NCBI RefSeq assembly: GCF_009914755.1
Contig: NC_060928.1
Length of the DNA: 64,000 nt
DNA from: the human T2T-CHM13v2.0 reference genome, Homo sapiens
Strand: one strand, 5' to 3'
Of this stretch, positions 40,965 through 56,800 are shown piece by piece (position 1 is the stretch's first letter; every line of letters begins with the position of its first letter). A model generated the notes under the pieces. That model did no database searches, was not told the origin of the DNA, and saw nothing but the letters and a program-made list of their open reading frames with translations. The translations under genes and the position numbers were made by a program.

Positions 40965-41619
40965 AAAATCATGGAATCAGGGACCATTTCAGAGAGCCTA
41001 TCTCAGGATGTGATCTATGAGTGTTTGTTGAATAAAAAGACTGTTTAGTGACAATACTAATATCAGGACATGAACAGTACTAAATCTACAAAAATGAGAG
41101 CTGGAAACTCAGACCTGATCAATATTTCTCCAGTGTTTTTTTTTTGAGAGGGTTCAATAATTTCAATAACATCTCTCATTTATATAGACAGAAAAACCTC
41201 TGGAGTAGACCTATCAACCAAAAATTTGATTTTTATGAGTACCTATCACTGTTTTTTAAACTCTATTTTCTGTCATCATACTGAGTAAAAGCCATCTTCA
41301 TGCAGTTAGCCCGTCCCACTCTCTAGCCTCTTATTTTATTAATTGCTTCAACTCCAATATGTTTCCAATAGCATTCATCATGAGCCACCACCTACACAGA
41401 GGCAACGCTGATGAAACTTTTCACCCAAAACTGCCTCATGACAGAAAATGTAATTGCAAGCATCTTTTCTCCTGACCACAATGTCCTAATTTTCATTGTC
41501 TTTTACTCTGCAGTGTCACTTGTTCTTCTACTTCATTGAAGTCATCAGGCTGCTACTTCTATATTTTTTTCCCAATCTATTCAGCACTTATTTCATCTAA
41601 AAAGGAAGCCACTGTGGAT

Positions 41620-42120
41620 AGACAGAAGTGAGAGTAGAATATAGGGTAAAAGTAGGAGATCCAATTACATAGAGACTTTTTAGACCTGGAAATGAATTGG
41701 GATTTTATACTACAGAAAAATTTTATTTTATTGAAATGTTACTAATAGCCATTTCACACAGAAAAGTAACAATTTGGTTTATAATTTTAAAAGGCCACTC
41801 TATCTTTTGTAGGAGGAAAAGAGAATAAACAGAGAGGCCAAAAAAAGAGGATATACAGAAATCCAGGGAGAGGATGACAGCAATTTGAACTTGAGTAATA
41901 ACAGTGAAGATGAAGAGAAATTAAGAAATTTAATATGCATCTTGGAGCTATATGAAACAGGATTTGTTGATGGTCTTGTTGACATAACTATCAGATGTGA
42001 AGGATGAAGGCAAAGGATACATTATTGCTGACACATAGATTTTTGGCTTGTGTGACTGATTTGGCTTGTGTGATTGTGTGATACCATTTACTGATATGAA
42101 GAAAATTTAGTAAAGACTAG
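41620..42120 (-). mobile_element. L2 fragment
   Basis: Purine-rich reverse-complement L2 motifs gtgaagatgaagagaa, aacaggatttgttgatgg and atttttggcttg. Confidence 0.55.
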
Positions 42121-43384
42121 TTTAGAATAAATAATCAGTTTAGAATAAACAGTTATTATAATCAATAATAATTCATTCTAAATAAGTTTTGATTTAGAAT
42201 GAATTCTTGTTTATTCATTCTAAATCGAGACATTTAGAAGGAATAATCAATAATTCCTTTTTGGGAGGATTCTGACAGGGTTGCAGAAAAAGTAGTAGCA
42301 TCGTTTTTATTCTCACCAAAACCCTCCTATAAAAAGAGATGTCCCTAGATAGCAAAACTAAATGTGGAGCATCTAAAACAAAACTAAGTGACAAGGTATC
42401 TCACAAACCCCAAAATACTAGTGGATGAAGACATACCACCCACATCTGTAAGACCCACATGGTATATGAACACGTGCACTGAAGGAAGCGGGAGAGGCAA
42501 TGGACATCTATCAGACATGAGAACAGGAAAGCCAAATGATAACAGACACCTACTAGAAAGTATGAAGGGACAATATCAGCAAAACAATTAAACTGGAAGA
42601 GGTTCATACTTCAGGTGATTGTGCATGGGAACAGAAAGGGAAGAGACCAAGTCTTATGAAAACTAGAATCTAACATATTCCAGAATACATTTCTACAGTG
42701 AGTAGAAACAGCTGAGAATAGATTCCAAATTAAACAGGACAGAGGCAGTAGAAGCAAAAGAAAAGAGAAAGCCAAGTAAAAGCAACAGAGAAAAACAGAA
42801 TCAAGAGATCCCAAAAAGAACGAGATTACATTTTTGAACACTTCATGAAGATAAAAGATCCACAGCTATCCAGATACCATCTACCTTTTTTTCCAGAAAA
42901 CTAATCTGCAGACAAATGAGCAACAGAAAAGATTATAAACATACGTAGTTATTGTCAAAAAAGAGAGAATAGGCACTGGTACAAAATTCCCACAGATTAT
43001 GGAAACACACCACCAAAACTATAACCCCCCAAAACAGATGAAAATTAGAATGCAATATTTTAAGCCAAATTATAAAAAGCAAGAAAGTCATGCAGAATGT
43101 AAAAAGACAGTATAAATAAAAGATTCCAGAAATGAGGTGATAAAATCAGTAAAGAAGTCTCCCTTTTCAGAAGGTATAGTTTTTTAAAAAAAGTATAAAT
43201 TTTCAGGAGGAGGTTCCAAGATGGCCAAACAGGAACAGCTCCAGTCTACAGCTCCCAGTGTGAGCAAGGCAGAAGATGGGTTATTTCTACATTTCCAGCT
43301 GAGGTACCGGGTTCATCTCACTGGGGCTTGTTGGACAGTGGGTGCAGCCCACAGAGCATGAGCCAAAGCAGGGCAGGGCATGCC

Positions 43385-43663
43385 TCACCTGGGAAGTGCA
43401 AGGGGTCGGGGGGAAGTGCAAGGGGTCCGGGAATTCCCTTTCTTAGCCAAGGGAAGCTTTGACAGATGGTACCTGGAAAATCGGGACACTCCCACCCTAA
43501 TACTGTGCTTTTCCAATGGTCTTAGCAAACGGCACACCAGGAGATTATATCCCAGGCCTGGCTCGGAGGGTCCCACGCCCATGGAGCCTCACTCACTGCT
43601 AGAACAGCAGTCTGAGATCCAACTGCAAGGCCACAGCGAGGCTGGGGGAGGGGCGTCCGCCAT
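43385..43663 (-). pseudogene. L1 antisense ORF0 homologue with internal stop
   Basis: Translates as MADAPPPASLWPCSWISDCCSSSE*GSMGVGPSEPGLGYNLLV, similar to the recalled L1HS ORF0 MAGAPPPASLPPCSLISDCC..GVGPSEPG. Confidence 0.85.
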
Positions 43664-44238
43664 TGCTGAGGCTTGAATAGATAAACAAAGCAGCCGGGAA
43701 GCTCGAACTGGGTGGAGCCCACTACAGCTCAAGGAGGACTGCCTGCTTCTGTAGACTCCACCTCTGCGGGCAGGGCATAGCTGAACAAAAGGCAGCAGAA
43801 ACTTCTGCAGACTGAAACGTCCCTGTCTGACAGCTTTGAAGAGAGTAGTGGTCCTCCCAGCATGGAGTTTGAGATCTGAGAATGGACAGACTGCCTCCTC
43901 AAGTGGGTCTCTGACCCCTGAGTAGCCTAACTGGGAGGCACTTCCCAGAAGGGGCTGACTGACACCTCATACGACCAGGTGCCCCTCTGAGATGAAGCTT
44001 CCAGAGGAAGGATCAGGCAGCAACATTTGCCATTCTGCAATATTTGCTATTCTGCAGCCTCCACTGGTGATATGCAGGCAAACAGGGTCTGTAGTGGACC
44101 TCCAGCAAACTCCAACAGACCTGTAGCTGAGGGTCCTGACTGTTAGAAGGAAAACTAACAAACAGAAAGAACATCCACACCAAAACCCCATCTGTATGTC
44201 ACCATCATCAAAGACCAAAGGTAGATAAAACCACAAAG

Positions 44239-44918
44239 ATGGGGAGAAACCAGAGCAGAAAAGCTGAAAATTCTAAGAATCAGAGTACCTCTTCTCTTCC
44301 AAAGGAACACAGCTCCTCACCAGCAACAGAACAAAGCTGGATGGAGAAAGACTTTGACGAGTTGAGAGAAGAAGGCTTCAGACGATCAGTAATAACAAAC
44401 TACTCCGAGCTAAAGGAGGATGTTCGAACCCATCACAAAGAAGCTAAAAAACTTGAAAAAAGATTAGATGAATGGCTAACTAGAATAGATAGCATAGAGA
44501 AGACCTTAAATGACCTGATGGAGCTGAAAACCATGGCACGAGAACTACATGACAAATGCACAAGCTTCAGTAGCCGATTCCATCAAGTGGAAGAAAGGGT
44601 ATCAGTGATTGAAGATCAAATGAATGAAATGAAGTGAGAAGACAATGTCAGAGAAAAATGAGTACAAGGAAATGAACAAAGCTTCAAAGAAATATAGGAC
44701 TATGTGAAAAGACCAAATCTACGTCTAATTGGTGTACCTGAAAGTGACAGGGAGAATGGAACCAAGTTGGAAAACACTCTGCAGGATATTATTGAGGAGA
44801 ACTTCCCCAACCTAGCCAGGCAGGCCAACATTCAAATTCAGGAAATACAGAGAACGCCACAAAGATACTCCTCGAGAAGAGCAACTCCAAGACACATAAT
44901 TGTCAGATTCACCAAAGT
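44239..44918 (+). pseudogene. L1 ORF1p remnant, stopped and 3'-deleted
   Basis: MGRNQSRKAENSK, coiled coil, KRPNLRLIGVPE..RATPRHIIVRFTK. Stop at 44635-44637. Confidence 0.95.
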
Positions 44919-48622
<3,704 letters not shown>

Positions 48623-48997
48623 ACAATGAGAACACTTGGACACAGGGTGGGGAACATCACACACTGGGGCCTGTCGTGGGGTGGGGGGAGGGGGGAGGGG
48701 GGAGGGATAGCATTAGGAGATATACCTAACGTAAATGACGAGTTAATGGGTGCAGCACACCAACATGGCACATGTATACATATGTAACAAACCTGCACGT
48801 TGTGCACATGTACCCTAGAACTTAAAGTATAATTTTAAAAAAGTAGAAATTTTGTTTAATTTTTTTCAGAAAAGAATAAACTGCAAGGAAACAAACCAAA
48901 AAAATAACAACAGAAGAAATAATGCCATAGAAGAAATAAAAAATGAAAAGGTAGAAATTTTTTTAATCAGAAAGATTTTTTAAAAAAAAGAAACCTA

Positions 48998-49296
48998 GGC
49001 TGGGCGCGGTGGCTTACGCCTGTAATCCCAGCACTTTGGGAGGCCGAGGCAGGTGGATCATGAGGTCAGGAGTTCGAGACCAGCCTGGCCAATATGGTGA
49101 AACCCCATCTCTAATAAAAATACAAAATTTAGCCGGGCGTGTTGACGCATGCCTGTAGTCCCAGCTACTCCGTAGGCTGAGGCAGAAGAATCACTTGAAT
49201 CCGGGAGGTGGATTTTGCCCTGAGCTGAGATAGCGCCACTGCACTCCAGCCTGGGTGACAGAGTGAGACTCCATCTCAAAAAAAAAAAAAAAAAAA
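48998..49296 (+). mobile_element. AluSg-like
   Basis: ggatcatgaggtcaggagttcgagaccagcctggcc, poly(A) tail, TSD (a)n-gaaaccta on both sides. Confidence 0.93.
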
Positions 49297-49959
49297 GAAA
49301 CCTAAGAGAAGTGATAGATAATGGAGACAGGCAAAGAAAAGTAAACACATACAACAGGAAGCTCCAAAAAAAAAAAAAAAACACTGAAGCAATGAAATAA
49401 TTTTTTAAAATTCAGTAATACTTATCTAAAATTAAAAATCTGAAAAGGCACACTGCATATAAAAACTATGAATCCAGAAAACTTTCTTGAAGTTAAGGTT
49501 TAAAAAAAAAAGATTTCAACTACGTGTTGAAAGGACATACTGCATAGCTGGAAAAATTGACCAGACATAACCAACACTAAGAAATATACTATTGAAATAA
49601 GTGGAATTAAAAAAAAATGCCGTACAGTCAAAAAGACCAAGTCACTTAAAAGGGAAAGAAAATCAGATTATCTTTTCAACAGCAACACTTCACGAGACTA
49701 TATTTAAGACACTGCTTTCTTTAGGTTGTTCCTTTTCTAGCTTTTTGGGTTGAGTGCAATTCATGTTTTCCATATTTATTGACAGAAGTATTTAATACTA
49801 TACATTTTCTTCTGATAACTTCTTTAGCTTATCTCATGAATTCTGGTATAATATTCTTACTTTATTGTTCTATTTTAAAAAATATATAACTTCAGTATAT
49901 AGTTTTCCGTTTACCCCAGATGTATTAATATATTATTTTAAATGTCAACATAAAAGGGC

Positions 49960-50245
49960 TTTTTTTTTTTTTTTGAGTCAGAGTCTCGCTCTGTCGCCCA
50001 GGCTGCAGTGCAGTGCATGATCTCGGCTCACTGAAACTACTGCCTCCCAGGTTCAAGCAGTTCTCCTGCCTCAGGCTCCCGAATACCTGGGACTACAGGC
50101 ACCCGCCACCACACCTGGCTAATTTTTGTATTTTTAGTAGAGATGGGGTTTTGCTATGTTGGCCAGGCCAGTCTACAACTCCCAGCCGCAAGTGATCTGC
50201 CCACCTCAGCCTCCTAAAGTGCTGGGATTACAGCCATAAGCCACC
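49960..50245 (-). mobile_element. AluS within an old minus-strand L1M/HAL1-like fragment (49715-50570)
   Basis: Poly(T) followed by a reverse-complement Alu dimer. Confidence 0.92.
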
Positions 50246-50781
50246 CTATGGAATTTTTGTTGTTGTTTATTTTGTTTATAATTTATATTAATAATTTTAA
50301 TGTATTGTGATCAGAAAATGCTTTTTGATTTTTCTGTTTTTTGGAATTTATTAAAGTTTTCTTTGGAAACAAGATATGGCAAATTTTATAATGTTCCATG
50401 TGTAATTGAAGACATATGTTCTTCATTATTCTGGAGTTGTGATAAAGTCATATTGTAAGTATTGTCCTAGAGTCAGAGTCACATAAAGCATGTGATTTTT
50501 TTCTTCTGCTTAAATTGGAATTAAATATACTTTATGGAAATTACATAAATTATATTGTGACATTAAGGTCACCATAATATGTATTAATTAACTGTAACAT
50601 AAGTCTAACTTTCATTGAATGAATTTTGATACAGACAAGATACAGAACATTATCATCATCGTGGGGATGCCATATGTTGCCCTGCCATAGCAACATCCTA
50701 GTTCATCCCATCCCTACCACCATCTCTAAATCCTGGCAACGACTAATTTCTATAGTTTTGTCATCTCAAGAGTGAAGTGTA

Positions 50782-51076
50782 GGCTGGGTGTTGTGGCTCA
50801 CGCCTGTAATCCCAACATTTTGGGAGGCTGAGGAGGGTGATCACTTGAGGTCAGGAGTTTGAGACCAGCCTGGCCAACATGGTGAAACCCCATCTCTTCT
50901 ACAAATACAAAAATTAACCAGACGTGGTGGTAGGCACCTCTAATCCCAGCTACTCAGGAGGCTGAGGCAGGAGAATCACTTGAACCCAGGAGGCAGAGGT
51001 TGAGGTGAGCCGAGATCATGCCATTGCATTCCAGCCTACGTGACAAGAGCGAGACTTCGTCTCAAAAAAAAAAAAA
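50782..51076 (+). mobile_element. AluSq/Sx
   Basis: Full dimer with gacaagagcgagac, A tail and partial TSD aagagtg. Confidence 0.93.
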
Positions 51077-51777
51077 GAGTGCTATATAAATGTAGTCATA
51101 CATTATCTAACATACTGGAATTGGTTTTTACTTGCCATAATTCTCTGGACATTGAGTCAATTTTTATGTAAGCTATGAGACTTATGTAGGGAATTTTGTT
51201 TGCTTATGGATTTCCAACTCTCCAGGACAATTTGTTAAATTGCATCTCTATTCAATTGCTTTTGCAACTTTGTAAAAAATTAGTTGGGCATATTTTCATG
51301 GGTCTATTACTGGATTCTCTCTTCTGTTTCATTGATCTGTGTCTATTGTTCCACACAGTTTGATTACTGTAGCTATATAGTCTGTAAGTCTTGAAATCAG
51401 GTAGAGTGTTACTCCAATTTATTCTTCTTTTCCAAAACTGTTTTATAATTTTAATTTCCTTGCTTTTCCTTAAAATTTTTAGTATAATCTTGGATATGGT
51501 TACAAAAATATATTGCTGAAATTTTGATAGAAATTGTGATTAAACCTGTTTATCAATTTGTGGATAATTGATAACTTTACTATGTTGAGTATTACAGTCC
51601 ATGAACATGTTTGATTTTTTTCACCAGCATTATACAGTTTTCAGAGTAGAAGTACTTTACATGTTTTATTAGATTTACACATATATATAATATGTATATA
51701 AGATTTACACTTATTTATATATACACACGTATACATATGTGTGTATGTATACATTATGCATATATATATACACACAT

Positions 51778-52030
51778 TCAGTTTTATTGAGATAAAATTC
51801 ACATAGAGTACAATTTACCCACTTAAAGTGTAACATTCAGTGGTTTTTAATATATTCATAAAGTAGTTCAATCATCACTAAAGTCAATTTTAGAATACTT
51901 TTACTACTTCCAAAAGAAATCCTGTATTGATTAGTAGTTGCTGTTCATTTCCTACCCACCCACTACCACCCCTAGGTAACCTCTAATGTATTTTCTACCT
52001 TTATAGAGTTACTTTATTCTGGAAATTTAG
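51778..52030 (-). mobile_element. L1MB 3'-end fragment
   Basis: ttttattgagataaaattcacata..acccacttaaagtgta..ttcagtggttttt, preceded by a (TA/CA) repeat at 51680-51776. Confidence 0.75.
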
Positions 52031-53764
52031 CCTGTTAATATGGTGGATTGCATTTATTTATTTTCTAAAACAGATAGCCTTACATTCCTGGAATAAACCC
52101 CCTATGGTAATGGGATTTAATTTTTTAAATTGCTGAACTCCATTTTCTAATGTTTTGTAAAGGATTATTGTGTCCATAACTATGAGGGATATTAATCTAT
52201 TAATATTTTGTTTTATTTTCTATTTTTTTTTACTGTCTTTGTTTTGGTATCTAGATAACAGTAACTTCATAAAGCAAATTGGAAAATACTCATTTCTCTT
52301 CTATTTTTTGAAAGAAGTTATGTAGAATTGATGTTAATTCTTCCTTAAACCTTTGGAGAGATTTTGAATTATACATTCAATTTCCTTAATAAAGCCTATC
52401 TAAATTATTGATTTCATATTAGGTGAGTTGTGGTGTTTATATTTTTCAAGGATTTAAATCATTTCATCTGAGTTATCAAATGTATGGGTTGTGGTGTTCA
52501 CTTATTATGCTTTTATTATCTACAGGGTCTGTACTGATCGCCCCTGTTGCATTCCTTCTTTGGTGATATTGCTATAAGTTTTTTAATTTCAATTGTATTG
52601 ATCTTTGCAAAAATTCAGCTCTTTGCTACATATATTTTCTCTCTTTTTTATTTTCAATTTCTATGTCTGCTTTATCTTTATTTTTTCCTTTCTTCTCCTT
52701 GCTTTGAGTTTATATTGCAACAATTCTTTTCAAGTTACTGACATGAGAGATTCGATTATTAATTTGAGATGTGTTCTCTTTTCTTACATATGTATTTACT
52801 GCTACATATTTCTTCCCCCGTTCTATTTTTGCTTTTTCCCATTATTTTTGATAAGTTTTAATTTTTATTCTGTTAAACTTTTTTTATTTCCCTTGAAACT
52901 TCCTTCTTTATTCATGGATAAATTAGAAGTGTTTTGTTTAATTTACAGGAGTTTGGTGAGTTTCTTGTTATCCTTCTGTTATTAACTTCTAGTTTGATTC
53001 CATTGTGGTTGGTGAATGCACTGTATATGATTTCAATACTTTTAAATTCACTGAGGGTTTGTCTTATGGCCCAGAAAGTGCATTCTGCTGTGGTTGAGTT
53101 GAGTGCTCTATTAATAACAATTAGATCTTGTTGGTTGATGAGTTCATCTATATTAATAATTTTGTCGATTATTCTATCAATTATTAAGAGAGGATTTGTC
53201 TATTTCTCCTTTCAGTTTTATCAGTTTTTGTTTTACATATTTCAAAGCTCTGTTGTTCAGTTGCATATGCATTTAGGATTTCTATGTTGTCTTGATGGAT
53301 TGATTTTTTATCATTATGTAATAACTCTTTCCCTCTCTAATAATCTTCTTTGTTCTAAAATCAATTTTACCTGATATTCATATGGCCACTTGTGCTTTCT
53401 TTTGATTAATGTTTGCATGATGTGTTTTCTTCATCTTTTTACTTTCAGCCTGCCTATGTGCTTGTAACTGAATGAATTTCTTATGAACAAAGTATAGTCA
53501 AGTGGTGTTTTTAATCCAATCTGTCAATCTCTGTCTTTTAATAGACATATTTAGACCATTTATAGTTAATGTAATTATTATTAGAGCCTAAATCTGCCAT
53601 TTTAGTTTTCATTTTCTGTTTCTTCTCTTTGTTTTTTTTTCTCTCTTAATTTTCTTTTTTCTCCCTTCCTGGGGGCTATTTAAACATTTTCTTGGAATCG
53701 ATTTTGATTTACCTATACTGTTTTTGATAGTTTTTTTTGTGGTCACTCTAGATGTTACATTTTA

Positions 53765-53830
53765 AATAGAGATATAGATAGATAAATGGATGATAGACAG
53801 ACAGACAGACATATAGATAGATAGAATCAT
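53765..53830. repeat. (GATA)/(GACA)n tetranucleotide repeat
   Basis: Direct observation. Confidence 0.8.
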
Positions 53831-56800
53831 AGAATCATACTCTACTCCCTACTGGTGTCATCTTCTTACCAGTTTGACTGAAATATACATAACTTAGTTC
53901 CTTTACCCCCCTCCATTTATAATTACTTAAGTAATTTCTCTATGTACATTTAGAGCCACATTAATGTTATAATTTTTGCTTCAACTACATACATAATTTA
54001 GAAAATTCAAGAGGACAAGGAAAGCCTATTGTATTTACCCATGTTTTTTCTTACTGTGTTTTTCTTTCCTAATGTTCCAAGTTTTCTTCTTTTATCACAT
54101 AATTTCTATTTAGAGAACTTCAATTATTTTAGAATACATCCACTAGTGACAAATTCTCATACTTCTCCTTCCTCTGAGAATGTATTAACTTATTCGTTAT
54201 TCCTGAAAGATATTTGTGTGGGGTATAGGATTCTGGGCTGGCAGTTCTTTCATTTCAGCACCTAAAAAATATGTTACTTCTTACTGGGTCCCATAGTTCC
54301 TGGTAAGAAATCAATTATGATTTGAATTGTTTTTCACCTATAGGTAAAGTGAAACTATTTTTTGATGACCTAAAAAGTTTTTAGTTTATAAAAGTTTAAT
54401 TATAATGTATCTTGGTGTGAATTTGTTTGGATTTATCTTGTTCAGGATTCATTCAGCTTCTTAAATTTGTAGATTTGTCTCTTACCAAATTTGGGACATT
54501 TTCAGTCATTATTCCTCTGGTACTTTTTCAGCCCCATCCTTTTCCTCCTTTTCTTCCAGTACTCTAAAACCACAAATGTTAAATCTTTTCTTGTAGTTAC
54601 ACAGGTCTCTGAGGCTCTGTTTCTTTCTAAAAGTCTACTTTCTTTCTGTTTTTCAGATTGGGTAATTTCTATTCTCTTATAGTTCACTGAATATTTCCTC
54701 TGTCTCATCCATTCTGTTGTTGAGCCCATCAATTGTACTTTTTATTTTCGGTTGTTGTATTTTTTCATTTTGAAATTTCCATTTGATTCCCTTTTATATC
54801 TTACATTTATTTGTTAAGACTATTTTCTTGCTAAGATTTATTTTTTAATTTTTCATTTGGCTCAAATATGTTTGTAATTACTTATTGCATTTTTATCACA
54901 GCTGCTTTGTCATCTCAATGTTGGCATCTATTGATTGTCTTTTTTATTCAGTTTGAGAAATTTATTGTCCTTAGGATAATGAATGACTTTGAACTAAAAA
55001 CACAGGCATTTTCCTATTATGTTCTGAGACTGTATATAATTAAGCCTTCTGTTTTAGTTGACTTTCTCTAAAACTGCTCAGGAAGGGGAAGAAAAGGTGG
55101 TGCTGCCTCATTTCTTCAAAGCAAAGGCAGAAATCTCTTAGTCACCCACTCATCCTCAGTTGACACCTGACATGGGATAATCCTCATTACTGTTTAGTAG
55201 CAGTGGTCTTCTCTGACACCACAGGGCCTTGTTACAAGAATGGCAGAATTAAACTCTTACTTGGCCTTTTCTGATAGCACCCTAGATGGGTTGATGGGTG
55301 CTTTTTCATAGTCTTGCAATGGTGAAACTCTAGCTTTCCACTCAGCCTTTGATTTTGTGATTGCAAGTGGGTCAACTGTTCACATATGTTTAACTGGAGT
55401 CGACAAATTAACATCTAAAATTTTTTTGTCTTCCTGGGTTGTCCATTTCCTGGTCTTCTGGTTAAAGAGATAAGGCTTTTAGACGGGTTTTTATTGTTTT
55501 TGTTGGTCTGCACTCATTGGCATTTTGGGGCTTCTGATTTTTCATATCCAGGTCTGAGATATATGAGACCCCAGAAAAAAGCCAACCAAACATTCACATC
55601 ACCCCTCACATCCCAAGGTTCTTAGCCAGCCTGCCTTCTTCTTTTTCAATGGCTTCTATTGTTTATTTTATATATAAGGTCCCGGATTTGTAGTTAATTA
55701 GAGCTTAGCTGGAAGAATAGGGAAAGGTACATCTAGAAGTGAAAGCTCCTTACATTTATTTTAAATATATTTATTTTAACTGACACATAAAAATTGCGTA
55801 TAATTATCATGTACAACATGATGTTTTGAAATATGTGTACATTGTGGAATGGCTAAGTTGAGCTAATGAACAAATGAATTACCACATATCCTTTATACTT
55901 TTTGTAGTGAGAACACTTAAAATCTACTCTCAGTGACTTTCAAGAATATAATACATTATTACTAACTATGGCCAAAGTGTTGTACAAAGTGTTGTAGAGC
56001 TCTTGTATTTATTGCACCTAGCAGCTGAATATATTTATCCTATGACCAACATCTCCCCAATCACTCTCCCAACCCTCAGCTCCCGGTAACCAATATTCTA
56101 CTCACTGCTTCTATGAGTTCAACTTTTTAAGATTCAACATATAAGTAAAATCATGTGGTATTTATCTTTCTGCACCTGGATTATTTCACTCAACATAATG
56201 TTCTCCAGGTTCATCCATTTTGTTACAAATAAAAAAATTTGCTTTTTATGGCAGAATAGTGTTCCACTGTATCTATACAGCACATTTTCCCTACCCATTT
56301 ATTCACTGATGAACACTTCGGTTGATTCTATGTCATGTCTATTGTGAATAATGCTACAATAAACATGGAAGTACGAACATAATTTTATTTCCTTTGGATG
56401 TATACCCAGTAGTTGGATTGCTGGATCATATGGCAAATCTATTTTTAATTTTTTTAGGAACTTGCATACTCTTTTTCCAGTCTGGCTATACTAACTTACA
56501 TTCCCACCAACAGTGTGCTAGGGTTCCCTTTTCTCCATATCCTCTTCAACACTTGTTATTCTTTCATCTTTTTAATAACAGCCATTCCAACAGGTGAAAG
56601 GTGATATATCATTGTGGTTTTAACTTGCATTTTTCTGATAATTTGTGAGGTTGAACATCTTTTTATCTATCTGTTGAGTAGAAATGTCTATTTAGGTCCT
56701 TTTCCCATTTTTAATCAGGTTATTTTTCTTGCTATTGAGTTTTTTGAGTTTTTTATATATTTTGAATATTTGCCCCTTTTAAGATCTGTGGCTTGCAAAT

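Larger units (their letters stand above)
50580..55750 (-). mobile_element. L1MC/L1M-type element, degraded, with nested inserts
   Basis: 3'UTR-like at 50580-51200, ORF2 and ORF1 remnants (54502-54732 minus, IEITQSEKQKE), 5'-end-like at 55650-55750. Confidence 0.7.

Noticed and set aside
48678-48706. G-quadruplex tract
   Set aside because: A standard L1PA 3'UTR G-tract, only slightly expanded.
52547-53374. Hydrophobic 126-aa and 146-aa ORFs resembling membrane proteins
   Set aside because: They are the T-rich antisense strand of a degraded L1.
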